From the NCBI GenBank assembly GCA_048938295.1, contig JBHLMI010000001.1, forward strand, positions 1-29,348: a stretch of 29,348 nt of DNA. Direction: 5' to 3'. The position numbers and the translations under genes were made by a program. Every line of letters starts with the position of its first letter. Within the stretch, counting starts at the first letter, position 1. The notes below the pieces were generated by a model. That model saw nothing but the letters and a program-made list of their open reading frames with translations, searched no databases and had not been told where the DNA came from. Below, in pieces: positions 7,192 to 16,749 of the stretch. This DNA is from Promethearchaeota archaeon. Lineage in GTDB: Archaea; Asgardarchaeota; Hermodarchaeia; Hermodarchaeales; Hermodarchaeaceae.

Positions 7192-8499
7192 TCACGCTCT
7201 TTTATTTCGCAACTCAGCGAGGATTTCTTGGGCTGCATCAAATCGCACGCGTTTTTCAGCAATCATCTTCTGTGCAACTTGGTCCACTTCTCTCTCAGAC
7301 GCGCCAGCAGCAATGGCAACATTACGGGCATGCAATTTCATATGCCCTGCTTGGATTCCTTCTTGGCTCAGCGCTCGTAAGGCCGCAAGATTTTGGGCAA
7401 GACCCACGCTCACAATGATTTGAGCGAGCTCAGTTGCTGTTTTGATCCCGAGTATCTTCACACATAAGCGGGCTACAGGATGTGTTCGGGTTGCACCCCC
7501 CACTAAGCCAACGGCCATTGGCAATTCGATAGTTCCTCGAAGATCACCCTCTGGGGTCTTTTCATAATGCGTTAATGATTGATAGCCCCCATCTTGGATC
7601 GCGGCATATGTATGGGCACCAGCCTCAACTGCCCGGAAATCTTGTCCCGTAGCTAATAACACAGCGTCAATCCCGTTCATGATTCCTTTGTTATGCGTTG
7701 CGCACCGATAGGGGTCAGCTTGGGCAAACGCGTACGCTTTCAAAATACCCTCAACAACATGTGGACCACCAAGGTCTCTAGCAGAAAAAAGCGCTTCAGC
7801 CCGTGCGAGTCGATACTCCGCTAGATTCGATAGAATGCGAAGATACACCTTGCCTTTCGTCAACTCCTCAATCAATGGAGCTAACACCTCGCACATCGTA
7901 TTCACAGCATTTGCCCCCATAGCATCCCGTGTATCAACAAGGAGATGAACGATAAGCATCGGCCCCCTCATTGTATCCAGTGGGCGTAATTGTAAGTCAT
8001 GTGCTCCACCGCCGAATTTCACCAATACCGGATCCTGCGCGTTGGCAACCTTCAACAAGTTCTCTTTCTGTTGAAGAACGGCATCCTGAGCCGCGTTCAT
8101 ATCAGAAATATCTGCTATCTGAATTTGTCCAATCATCACCGGATCAGTACTACTAGCAGTAAATCCACCTGTTTTTCGTGCTATTCGGGCAGCATTTGAA
8201 GCCGCTGCTACCACCGAGGGTTCTTCCAATGCCATGGGAATCAGATAGTCTTGCCCATTGATCTGAAAATTCGTGGCTATACCAAGCGGAAACGCGTAAG
8301 AACCAACGACATTCTCAATCATCCTGTCAGCTGTTCCTGCGTCTAAGGCACCAAATGCTGATAATATAGCAACATCATCATCAGAGAGATCGGCGAAGGC
8401 TCGAAGCTTTTCGACACGCTCTTCGATGGAAAGGCGATAAAACCTACTAATAGCTGAAGTCTTCTCAGGCACGATGCTCACTCCATCGACACCTGGCAT
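7192..8499 (-). CDS. mvaA: Hydroxymethylglutaryl-CoA reductase, class II (MvaA-type)
   Basis: Motifs MIENVVG, EEPSVVAAAS, DAMGANAVN, ATHNKGIMNG, GQDFRAVEAGAH and GIQAGHMKLH are diagnostic of class II HMGR. Confidence 0.95.
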   Translation of the reverse strand: MPGVDGVSIVPEKTSAISRFYRLSIEERVEKLRAFADLSDDDVAILSAFGALDAGTADRMIENVVGSYAFPLGIATNFQINGQDYLIPMALEEPSVVAAASNAARIARKTGGFTASSTDPVMIGQIQIADISDMNAAQDAVLQQKENLLKVANAQDPVLVKFGGGAHDLQLRPLDTMRGPMLIVHLLVDTRDAMGANAVNTMCEVLAPLIEELTKGKVYLRILSNLAEYRLARAEALFSARDLGGPHVVEGILKAYAFAQADPYRCATHNKGIMNGIDAVLLATGQDFRAVEAGAHTYAAIQDGGYQSLTHYEKTPEGDLRGTIELPMAVGLVGGATRTHPVARLCVKILGIKTATELAQIIVSVGLAQNLAALRALSQEGIQAGHMKLHARNVAIAAGASEREVDQVAQKMIAEKRVRFDAAQEILAELRNKRA

Positions 8500-8549
8500 C
8501 GGTTAACTTATCAAACTTTCTTTGCTAACCTCAAAACCTACTCCGTCAC

Positions 8550-8575
8550 AAAAAACCACTGGCAATGAAGTGGCT
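8550..8575 (-). terminator. Hairpin + U-tract directly after the V4R stop
   Basis: Minus strand reads TAA-AGCCACT-TCATTGCC-AGTGGTT-TTTTG: a 7-bp stem (one G-U) followed by a U run. Confidence 0.6.
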
Positions 8576-9085
8576 TTAGACTTCGCGCAATTCCCAAACA
8601 CAAGCGTCGGCCCCCCATGTCTTGCATTGGACCTCTTCGCATTCGCTGCTGAAGCCACGGAGGGTTAGGACGTGTTGAAAGACGCCACTGAGGATGTTGC
8701 AGTATTTCAGGCCATGGAATTCATCGGACATTCGGATGTTTTCACAGATGGGGCAGTCGTTAAAGACGTATACAATTTTTCTTTCAGCTTTGTCGTAGAA
8801 CGCGTTGTCAAAGGCTCTACCTAGCATTACGCGTGTTGCTAGGGTGAAGGTGTCGAGGAATCCTTCGAAGGTGGTTGCATGTTCTCCGATGGTATCGCTG
8901 TATTCGAATAAGAGGGTTTCTGCCATTGCGTTGCCTAATCGCAATAATTTTTGATTTGCTATGTTGATATCGCCTTTACAGGATTCAAGGACATCATCGA
9001 TAACTGCTGCGACTAAAGCTTGGAATGCATTTAGTGAGGTTTTTTGCATTTTGAAGTGCCAACCGAGCCAACCTTTGACACCCAT
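8576..9085 (-). CDS. Stand-alone V4R (4-vinyl reductase)-domain protein
   Basis: Contains CPIC, YCNILSGVF and EVQCKTWGADACVWEL, the V4R Cys pattern. The exact start is uncertain. Confidence 0.85.
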   Translation of the reverse strand: MGVKGWLGWHFKMQKTSLNAFQALVAAVIDDVLESCKGDINIANQKLLRLGNAMAETLLFEYSDTIGEHATTFEGFLDTFTLATRVMLGRAFDNAFYDKAERKIVYVFNDCPICENIRMSDEFHGLKYCNILSGVFQHVLTLRGFSSECEEVQCKTWGADACVWELREV

Positions 9086-9151
9086 GTCATTTCACCACAT
9101 ATTCGTACTATCGAACTAGGGTTATCAATCATTCGTTCCCTTTATTTTAGA

Positions 9152-9634
9152 TTAGAAGCGTTTTTCGAAATCTACAAGCCCGCGTTTCTGAAGGTCTAAT
9201 AACATCCGCATAGCAATGAAAAATTGTAGGCCCATTTTTTCAGCAATCTCCTGCAAGGTTAATTTTCCATCGCATAAGCTGAGCATTCGGAATTCTGTGA
9301 TTGACAGTTTTTGTTTTTCTAAATCAGCGACGACCCGGGGAACAATCCGGCGGCTTTTCGTACCAACCATTGGTCTGGTCGCTGGAGCAGTAGGTTGTGG
9401 TGCTCCAGGCTGAGATTGAGATACCTTAACTTCGTTGCCTGCATAGATTTCTGATACTTCATGACCGCGCTCGACTAGGTCCTGATCCAAATATATTGTA
9501 ATCACATGCGAAGGATCTCCATGCACATAGGAGTAGGGGAAGGGAAAGACGTTCTGACGTTGGATGATATCTGGCGAGACGTCTATTGCAATGTATGCCT
9601 TGCACTTCTCACAGTAGGTGTATACGACAGGCAT
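9152..9634 (-). CDS. Protein with N-terminal CxxC...HG...H domain, Pro-rich linker and C-terminal winged helix
   Basis: YCEKC...FPFPYSYVHGDPSHVITIYLD...RG, linker QPGAPQPTAPATRP, then a wHTH-like LSLCDGKLTLQEIAEKMGL...MLLDLQKRGLV. The N-terminal domain resembles a family I recall from Asgard genomes (not verified). Confidence 0.8.
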   Translation of the reverse strand: MPVVYTYCEKCKAYIAIDVSPDIIQRQNVFPFPYSYVHGDPSHVITIYLDQDLVERGHEVSEIYAGNEVKVSQSQPGAPQPTAPATRPMVGTKSRRIVPRVVADLEKQKLSITEFRMLSLCDGKLTLQEIAEKMGLQFFIAMRMLLDLQKRGLVDFEKRF

Positions 9635-9744
9635 CGACGGGCTCCCAGGATTGTTTCCGAGTATATTGCACCAGAACCGTTCTTAACGTTTCCTTCTGAA
9701 ACATTTTAAGTCGGCACAAATTCCCGATAATCTCGAAGGCAAGG

Positions 9745-9760
9745 AGGAGCTGGTGCTCCT
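9745..9760 (-). terminator. Short hairpin 1 nt after the LarA-family stop
   Basis: Minus strand AGGAGC-ACCA-GCTCCT is a perfect 6-bp stem followed by CCTTGCCTTC; there is no long U-tract. Confidence 0.35.
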
Positions 9761-9761
9761 A

Positions 9762-11057
9762 TTAAGTTCGTGCATAAACGGCAATTTTGTTAGCCTCATG
9801 AAAGACATGAATTGTGGCAGCAGGATCTTTTTGCAACCATGAGTCTACAACCTTTTGGGGATGCGGAGCAAAAGCGATGTGAGCCGTTTCTACCTGATTT
9901 CTATTAAGAGTCGAATAGAGCCAAATATGGCGGAGACGCTGGATGAGTTCACCGAATTTCCAGCTCTTATGGGTGTACAGTCGGTAATGGTCACGGATTT
10001 TTGTCATCATTTCGGGAAGTGGCATGATGAGATAGTCGTAAAAAAATTCCTGTGCTATAGGGGTTGGTGCAATGCCCTTGGGACATTCTGCAAGAAGGAG
10101 TACTTCGCCTTCATCCTGAACTGCGTTTTTCGTGAGCTCCAATCCGCGTTGGGCGTTGTAGAGACTTTCATCTTGGGGATTGCCACCCGGTGTGACGATG
10201 ATGAAGTCTGCAGGTGGTACAGAAAAAGACGCTGAATCGTCAATGACCTGAAATCCTTCACTAGTGACGGGTTTTGGTGATCCACTTTTTGACCATATGA
10301 TGTAGGGACCACTGGTTACCATTGCTAGAAGAAACACTGGACGATCTTGTAGAATCATCTGCATTCCTTCTAACATGTCCTCTGCTACGGGGTTAGTTCG
10401 CCGTGCGGGATTTGGGTGGAATGGGTGGCGACCAAAGGTGGATTCCGGCTCCAATGCGAGGCTGTGATTGCCTTCGATAGTATTGAAATCACAAATGCCT
10501 GGTAAGAAATTCTTCAGGACGTTAGAATATCCCGCAAAATAGTGGTTTTTCATATCCGCAGCAATGATGAATGCTTCTATAGCCAAGACTTCTTTGTTTA
10601 CACGAACTTCGGTTCCTCGACTGGTTGTTCCTACTAATTTACAGGGAGATTGGAGCGCATCATGGACCAGAACACGATAGGATTCAAGGGTGTTTGTTTT
10701 GCAGTTTTGGTGGATGGCCTGTATGATTTCTTGGTTGCGTACACTGTTCGGTTCATGGGAGCCGGTTGCGATAATGAAGGTGAGTTCTTTAGCAGGTTGA
10801 AAATGAGGAATCAGTTCAGCAAGGATGATTTCGTGCGGTTCTGCTCGAGTTCCATCCTCCACTAAGACACAGACGTGGCGATTTGCGATGGTTTCGGCAA
10901 GCGATATACCAACAGGATTTTGAATCGCTGTTTGAAGGGAGCCAGCAACATCCCTTGAAGCTTCTTTTTTCTGTGGCTGGATGATTTCGCCCAGATTGTC
11001 CTCAGGAACATTCAGCTGGACTTGCCCTTGCCCGTATCGCAATTGAAGTTTTGTCAT
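9762..11057 (-). CDS. LarA-family (nickel-pincer nucleotide-dependent) 2-hydroxyacid racemase/epimerase homolog
   Basis: Motifs DGTRAEP, ATGSH, HYFAGYSxxxKNFLPG, NH and GGNPQDESLYNAQRG correspond to LarA/DUF2088 motifs. Confidence 0.88.
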   Translation of the reverse strand: MTKLQLRYGQGQVQLNVPEDNLGEIIQPQKKEASRDVAGSLQTAIQNPVGISLAETIANRHVCVLVEDGTRAEPHEIILAELIPHFQPAKELTFIIATGSHEPNSVRNQEIIQAIHQNCKTNTLESYRVLVHDALQSPCKLVGTTSRGTEVRVNKEVLAIEAFIIAADMKNHYFAGYSNVLKNFLPGICDFNTIEGNHSLALEPESTFGRHPFHPNPARRTNPVAEDMLEGMQMILQDRPVFLLAMVTSGPYIIWSKSGSPKPVTSEGFQVIDDSASFSVPPADFIIVTPGGNPQDESLYNAQRGLELTKNAVQDEGEVLLLAECPKGIAPTPIAQEFFYDYLIMPLPEMMTKIRDHYRLYTHKSWKFGELIQRLRHIWLYSTLNRNQVETAHIAFAPHPQKVVDSWLQKDPAATIHVFHEANKIAVYART

Positions 11058-11063
11058 GTACGC

Positions 11064-12611
11064 TCATGCGTCAAGTATGCTCAGTTGTGAAAAAACCTTT
11101 GCCTTCTCTAAGGTTAGATATGCCTCCGTCTGAACAGCATATAGTTTGTTATAGTGGTCTATGACTTCAACTGATGGTTCAAATCGTGTACCACTTGTGA
11201 CCATCGATTCGACTGCTTGATCCACCGTCGAATACAGGTCGCCACCAATGGATGCAAGGATTGCCGCTCCAAGGGCAGTTGCTTCCTCGACTTGACTTAG
11301 CTGAACCGGTAATGTGGTCACATCTGCGTGAATTTGATTCCACACGCTGCTCCGAGTCGCTCCACCAGTAAGACGAAGTTCTTTTAGTGAAATCCCAAGA
11401 TCTTTCATAACCTCTAAGTTCCGACGCACTTCATAGCAGGTGCCCTCCATGATTGCCCGTATGATGTCTGCTCGAGAATGACCGAGAGCAAGTCCAATGA
11501 TGACTCCACGAGCCTCAGGGTTCCAATATGGTGCACCAGCTCCGACAAAATGGGGTAAAAGGATAACTCCTCTTGATCCGGGAGGTGATTGACAGGCTTG
11601 GTAATCCATAAACTCATAGGCATCTCTTTCTAAAAGTTTCGCCAGTTGTTTCTCCTCGTATCCAAATTGGTCCCGGAACCATCGGTAGATGATGCCACTT
11701 GTAAAGATACTGGCTTCCATTACCCATTGGTTCGGAATGGCATGGCAGCTACATAATAAGCGTCGTTGAGGATCGAAGAGGGGGTTTTCCTCAAAAGCTA
11801 GAATAAAGGTGCCGGTCCCTATTGTGGCCTTCACACGACCTGGTCTGACCACACCAACTCCCACTGCACCACATTGCTGATCGCCACCTCCAATAACAAC
11901 AGGGAGTCCCTTGGGGAGTCCGGTTGCCTTTGCTGCTGTGTGGGAGAGTTCAGCAATATTAGTACCCGATGGATATGTGGGTGGTAACTTTTCTTGAGGA
12001 ATTTCTAGTTGGTCACACATTAGGCTAGACCATTCCCTTTTCTTTACATTGAAGAGCATGGTCCTAGATGCGTTACTATGGTCTGTAGCAAATTGCCCTG
12101 TTAAGTGATTCAGAATGAAATCATGGACGAGTAGGAATTTATGAGTTTTTTCAAAAATTCGGGGTTTTTCCTCTTTGAACCAGAGAATCTTTGGCGCAGA
12201 GAAGTATGGATCGATTATCAATCCTGTTTCTTCGTAAACCTTCTCCGCTCCTAGTCTATTTTGGATTGTAGAGCACTGACGGGTTGTTCTTCGATCCTGC
12301 CATACTAATGCGCTGTAAAGGGGATTGCCAGCTGAATCAACAGGAACGATGGTTTCTCGCTGGTTTGTGATACTCACGGCCACTAGATTGGCTATACGTT
12401 TCCCGATTTTTTTGAGGGTTGTCTGGCAGGTGTTACAGGTAGTCTGCCACCAAGCCTGGGCATCCTGCTCTACCCATGTTGGTTGAGGAAAAAAACTGGC
12501 ATACTCTTGATGGGTCTGAGCAACAAGGTTACCCGTCTTTGTATCAAACACCGCCGTTCGCGTTCCACTGGTTCCCACATCAATTGCCATAACTAGCGGG
12601 GATTCACTCAA
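11064..12611 (-). CDS. FGGY-family carbohydrate kinase (GlpK/XylB-like)
   Basis: Motifs IDVGTSGTR, WVEQD, TNQRET, WQDRRT, PYFSAPK, TDHSNASRTMLFN, GDQQ, GTGTF, GAPYW, IMEG and GGAT. Substrate cannot be resolved from sequence. Confidence 0.93.
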   Translation of the reverse strand: MSESPLVMAIDVGTSGTRTAVFDTKTGNLVAQTHQEYASFFPQPTWVEQDAQAWWQTTCNTCQTTLKKIGKRIANLVAVSITNQRETIVPVDSAGNPLYSALVWQDRRTTRQCSTIQNRLGAEKVYEETGLIIDPYFSAPKILWFKEEKPRIFEKTHKFLLVHDFILNHLTGQFATDHSNASRTMLFNVKKREWSSLMCDQLEIPQEKLPPTYPSGTNIAELSHTAAKATGLPKGLPVVIGGGDQQCGAVGVGVVRPGRVKATIGTGTFILAFEENPLFDPQRRLLCSCHAIPNQWVMEASIFTSGIIYRWFRDQFGYEEKQLAKLLERDAYEFMDYQACQSPPGSRGVILLPHFVGAGAPYWNPEARGVIIGLALGHSRADIIRAIMEGTCYEVRRNLEVMKDLGISLKELRLTGGATRSSVWNQIHADVTTLPVQLSQVEEATALGAAILASIGGDLYSTVDQAVESMVTSGTRFEPSVEVIDHYNKLYAVQTEAYLTLEKAKVFSQLSILDA

Positions 12612-12727
12612 TGGGTTCCACCTGGCTTAAACAAGCAGGAAGTTAGTTATAATGTGTACCGAAATCGCAGTACCCACAGGTTTATGGCTTCTCGTAGGGG
12701 GTACCTTCCATAAGAAGGAAGTCCAGA

Positions 12728-13483
12728 ATGTCAACTCAAAGTATAGAACGAGCTGCCCAAATGATTCTTGATTCAACGTCAACAGTAGCTCTCACAGGGG
12801 CTGGCGTATCGACAAGGAGTGGCATCCCTGATTTTCGAAGCCCTAGTGGGCTCTGGACTAAAGTTGACCCCATCAAATTTGGCAGCATGAACGGCTTCCT
12901 TAGTGATCCGAAAGCATGGTGGGAAATGGCACTAGAATTAGCGCCAACAGTCTTGAATGCTAAACCAAATCCTGCTCATACTAAATTAGCTGAACTCGAG
13001 AAAATGAAAAAGCTGGAATTAGTTATCACGCAAAACGTTGATGGCTTACATCAACGCGCAGGCAGCTTGAATGTTATTGAAGTCCATGGCAGCCTTTCAA
13101 GTGGCACCTGTACGGTATGTCATATTAAAGTTGATCAGAAATATCTTGAAAAGGCTATTAAGAAACAGCAAATTCCTGTGATGTGCCCAGCTTGTGGTGG
13201 CCTTATTAAATTAGATACGATCTTTTTCGGTGAAGCTCTACCACAAAAGCAATTAGCTATTGCCATCGAATCAGCTAGGCGATGCCAATTAATGTTGGCA
13301 ATTGGCTCTTCATTACTGGTCTACCCCATTGCTTCTCTTCCCACTATTGCCTGTCAAAGTGGCGCTAAGCTAATTATCATCAACGAAGAACCTACTCCTT
13401 TTGACCAGACCGCAGAACTTGTTTTCAATGCTGAGGCGGGAGACACGTTGACGGCCATTGTTGAAGCGCTTCGAAGGCTTTAA
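12728..13483 (+). CDS. cobB: NAD-dependent protein deacylase (sirtuin)
   Basis: Motifs GAGVSTRSGIPDFRS, TQNVDGLHQRAG and HG, Zn finger CTVC...CPAC, and GSSLLVYP. Confidence 0.95.
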   Translation: MSTQSIERAAQMILDSTSTVALTGAGVSTRSGIPDFRSPSGLWTKVDPIKFGSMNGFLSDPKAWWEMALELAPTVLNAKPNPAHTKLAELEKMKKLELVITQNVDGLHQRAGSLNVIEVHGSLSSGTCTVCHIKVDQKYLEKAIKKQQIPVMCPACGGLIKLDTIFFGEALPQKQLAIAIESARRCQLMLAIGSSLLVYPIASLPTIACQSGAKLIIINEEPTPFDQTAELVFNAEAGDTLTAIVEALRRL

Positions 13484-13491
13484 TGAGTCTT

Positions 13492-15228
13492 TTATTGTCG
13501 CAGCCGATATTGGGGTGCATGGTTGACATAGTGTAACTCGCGAGGTACATCCTCACTACCTGGAATCACAGGAAGAAGGCTTAAGCTGGTTTGATGCCGC
13601 TTTTTCAAGGATTCTGGTAGCTCTCCTCCAAACGGATGTTGAAAGGGTAGTAGGAACCGGTAATCCTTTCCGAGGATACCTGAAATCCGGTTAAGCATTT
13701 GTTTGGATCGTCCTCCGTGCTTGTATTTGTAGTAAGCTAGATAGAGGAAGCCGCCAATCAGTTTGATGAATTGGCGATTGAGCCAGAAGTCTTTGATTTC
13801 GCCGAGCCAAATATCACGCCAATGGAGTAGGTTATGATCCCAGCATTCAATGAACATTTGCCATTGTAAATCAGTGAGGCGACGAAGGTTCAGTGTTTTC
13901 TCCTTCCGCAATGCGCAATCTTCTAACGAAACGAAAAAGAGGGGAACAAAAAAGGTCTTAAACTGGCGCATCCGGTGGATCAAATCTAAAGTGAGTAAAA
14001 CATCCTCTTCTGTTTCCTTCGGTAATCCTGTGACTAGCGTACACAAGGGCACCCAGTTGGCATCATTGAGAATTCCATAAGCTTCACATACAATTTCGGG
14101 CCATTGACTGACATCATAAGGTAATGCTTTCCCGCGCATATGTTCTTGCATCAATCGTGGGCTTCCCGTTTCCACCCCTACTTCCACAGTTACCACAGGG
14201 TTCCCGTGGTAGGTATATCGGCATTTATCCCCGATGGTTTCGGTGATCTCGGAGACCATTTGGGGATCAAGGATTGCTGGGGCGAGCGAGGCATGTGCCG
14301 TTTGAACCACATCGACACCGGGTTCGTTCACAACTGCTTTATACACTCCGACAACGGCTTCACGGTTGGGAAGAAATCTTTCCTTTGACCCGTACAAAAA
14401 GACATCATCAGTATTCAACAGAATCATGTTTGCGCCACTTTTTAAATTCGCCCGAACTTCGTAGAGGATTTTTTTAATCGGGAAATTGCGACGGTATTTC
14501 ATGGTTGGTGAGCAGAATTGGCACCCACGTCCACATCCACGAGAAATTTCTACTGCTCCATAAATGGCTCCGTTTCGAATGGCTGGTATGTCTTCATCCG
14601 CTGGGCGTTTAGCATGTACTAATGGAGGTAATTTTTCACCACGAACAGCCTTGTTGAAGATTTCAGGAGCCTCGAGTTCCGATTCACCCATGACAATACA
14701 ATCGATTCCATATTCTTTACGCAGCCTTGGGTTCCTCAGCTGCCAGGAGCCTGCACCACCCAGAATGCGGGGGACGTGGTATTCTCTTAGTGCCGGGTGC
14801 TGTGATAATCGCCAAAACTCGACACCGGTAGCTGATACGTCTCCCAGACCCGTTAGCGATGTATAGGTCAAACTCACGTAGGCCATCCCAAGAGGATCCA
14901 TACTCGAGATACCCACGACTTTCGTGTTTGGTCCCATGACACGTTTAAGGTATCTGGGATGAACGGTCATCACATCGTCTTCATCGAAGCCATTTTCTAA
15001 AAGTGCCGCCTCGATTTTACGAAGTCCATAAGGGGCAAAGGGTGCAGAATAATCCGCGTTTGGTTCATCGGGCTTATACATTCGCTTAAGTAGAATAGGT
15101 GGAAATAAACGACCTGGAAATCCACCTGCAAATGCCATGAATGGGTCGGCATCCCATCCTGCCATCTCAGCAACTGAGGCGGTCAAAACTACTTTCTTCC
15201 CACCGTTTCTTCCCATCATATCATCCAT
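13492..15228 (-). CDS. Radical SAM protein with N-terminal B12-binding-like domain (archaeal family)
   Basis: EISRGCGRGCQFC carries CxxxCxxC. Other motifs are PYGLRKIEA, VGISSMDPLG, LGGAG, GESE, GVETGSPRL and GLPKET. Confidence 0.9.
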   Translation of the reverse strand: MDDMMGRNGGKKVVLTASVAEMAGWDADPFMAFAGGFPGRLFPPILLKRMYKPDEPNADYSAPFAPYGLRKIEAALLENGFDEDDVMTVHPRYLKRVMGPNTKVVGISSMDPLGMAYVSLTYTSLTGLGDVSATGVEFWRLSQHPALREYHVPRILGGAGSWQLRNPRLRKEYGIDCIVMGESELEAPEIFNKAVRGEKLPPLVHAKRPADEDIPAIRNGAIYGAVEISRGCGRGCQFCSPTMKYRRNFPIKKILYEVRANLKSGANMILLNTDDVFLYGSKERFLPNREAVVGVYKAVVNEPGVDVVQTAHASLAPAILDPQMVSEITETIGDKCRYTYHGNPVVTVEVGVETGSPRLMQEHMRGKALPYDVSQWPEIVCEAYGILNDANWVPLCTLVTGLPKETEEDVLLTLDLIHRMRQFKTFFVPLFFVSLEDCALRKEKTLNLRRLTDLQWQMFIECWDHNLLHWRDIWLGEIKDFWLNRQFIKLIGGFLYLAYYKYKHGGRSKQMLNRISGILGKDYRFLLPFQHPFGGELPESLKKRHQTSLSLLPVIPGSEDVPRELHYVNHAPQYRLRQ

Positions 15229-15341
15229 CCCATCGTGTCTACACTTGTAATTTCAGGCATTGGTCATAGATTGGTTTGTTTGCTCTCGGAGTCAGGCTTA
15301 TTATTCTTTTCGCAACCCGCTGACCTCTTTTCACTCTCCTC

Positions 15342-15349
15342 TTATAAAA
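15342..15349 (-). promoter_or_regulatory. Putative TATA box for the radical SAM gene
   Basis: TTTTATAA on the minus strand in the 147-nt gap, about 115 nt upstream of the ATG, which implies a long 5' UTR. Confidence 0.45.
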
Positions 15350-15375
15350 TTGACACGGTCTTACATTGAAAGCTT

Positions 15376-16749
15376 CTACTGTGTAGCCGCTGTCATGGGC
15401 ACATCCTTGACTCGAACGAAGGGGGTGAATGTCGGTGTATCCACTTCCCACCACTTGACCTGTTGAACCAGCTTGCCTAAAGCTTCAATGTTGGCATACA
15501 TCCGAAGAAGGTTGTCTGCAATACGCAGCTTCTGAATTGGCTCACCAATTTCGCCCTTTTCAATGAGAAACATCCCATCCCGCGGAATTGTCGAGAACGT
15601 GCCCTCTAGCTGACTTGTATATCGTAAATACCAATTCGACGTCACATAGATGGCAGGTCTTCGAGGTTCGAGCAGCTCTTCAAATGATGCATCCCCTTCG
15701 GAAAACACAAGATTCGTAGAACTAGGAACAACGAATCTGGAACCCATACCAAATAGCACCAGTTGACAGTTCCCAGTACTCTTGGTTTTCTCCACACGGG
15801 CAGATGAAGCGTTATGAACAACTCCTTGCAGGGTTCCCTTCTCGAAGAGGGGTGATCTTTGAGTTGGGGTTCCTTCAAAATCAAAAGGCGCACTACCAAG
15901 GCCATTGGGAATGCGGCCATCATCCCATACATTCAATGAATCGGGTGCCAGCTTCTCGCCGACTTTCCCCTTCAATGGACTCATACCCAGCAACATCATC
16001 AATGGGTTTGCGGTTTCCGCCAGGCTACCTAGTATTGAAGCTGCAACAGTCGGATGCAATACTAGGTCATAAACTCCAGCTTTTCCTTGCTTTCCCCCAA
16101 CAGCTAACTTGGCTATCTCACCCGATTCCTGGGCCGCCCGTGTTATATGCTTTTGAATATCAGCGAGGGTACGCCCAACGGCGACTCCTTGACCAGAACT
16201 TTCCGGCTCCACAAAGCTCCGAAGAGTTATTTGATACGCTGATTCAGGATAACTACCGCTAAAGCCCGCTGAAGTTTCAAGTAAATTCTGAGTTTCATCA
16301 AAGAAAAAGGATCCAGCCGTACGCTTAGCTCCTGCTCTTTGGGCCTCCTGTAATGCCGCCGTTACAACATCCGGCGCTTGCCCTGGGAAATCACGAATCC
16401 GCTTATCATATAACTGATCAACCTTAGTCGGCGGCTTAATCTCGTTTTGCAATCCCGAAAATAAGGGGGTCGGTTGTAGGCTCCGAACAAACTTCGTCAA
16501 ATGCGCCAATTCAGTGTCCACACTTCTGATAGTTGGGTTGTGAATCTCGGTTGTCCCAATCCGTCCATTAATCGCCACAAAGACATCAAGAACTGTGTAA
16601 TTCCACTGCTTGAAGATGTCAATCTCTGAATTGCTAATTCGAATCTGGTGCTCTAACACTTCACGTGCCCGCACAATCGCTTCCCCCTCAGCAGACGCGA
16701 CCTTCAGTGCATGATCCACAATACCCTGCAGCTCCTCCTTACTTGTCAT
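15376..16749 (-). CDS. pmbA: PmbA/TldE-family protein (non-catalytic subunit)
   Basis: TldD/PmbA architecture (GxYDLVLHP, DDGRxxxGLGSAPFDFEG, GxhxxxhxKLRI) without HExxxH. ATGA overlap with tldD at 16746-16749. Confidence 0.9.
   Translation of the reverse strand: MTSKEELQGIVDHALKVASAEGEAIVRAREVLEHQIRISNSEIDIFKQWNYTVLDVFVAINGRIGTTEIHNPTIRSVDTELAHLTKFVRSLQPTPLFSGLQNEIKPPTKVDQLYDKRIRDFPGQAPDVVTAALQEAQRAGAKRTAGSFFFDETQNLLETSAGFSGSYPESAYQITLRSFVEPESSGQGVAVGRTLADIQKHITRAAQESGEIAKLAVGGKQGKAGVYDLVLHPTVAASILGSLAETANPLMMLLGMSPLKGKVGEKLAPDSLNVWDDGRIPNGLGSAPFDFEGTPTQRSPLFEKGTLQGVVHNASSARVEKTKSTGNCQLVLFGMGSRFVVPSSTNLVFSEGDASFEELLEPRRPAIYVTSNWYLRYTSQLEGTFSTIPRDGMFLIEKGEIGEPIQKLRIADNLLRMYANIEALGKLVQQVKWWEVDTPTFTPFVRVKDVPMTAATQ

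Noticed and set aside
4405-9715. Identical 11-mer TTTAAGTCGGC at 4405-4415 and 9705-9715
   Set aside because: One shared 11-mer is about what chance predicts for roughly 2 kb of intergenic DNA, part of it is TATA-like, and its orientation relative to the downstream genes differs.
12728-13483. Sirtuin as a SIR2-type defence NADase (Thoeris/DSR/pAgo-associated)
   Set aside because: It is a canonical 251-aa Zn-finger deacylase with no extra domains and no defence partners.
15239-15334. 31-aa GTG-started ORF (MKRGQRVAKRIISLTPRANKPIYDQCLKLQV) as a RiPP precursor for the rSAM/TldDE genes
   Set aside because: The purine-rich element abuts the GTG with no SD spacing, the ORF starts only about 8 nt after the TATA-like box, and there is no leader/core pattern. 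It is better explained as 5' UTR.
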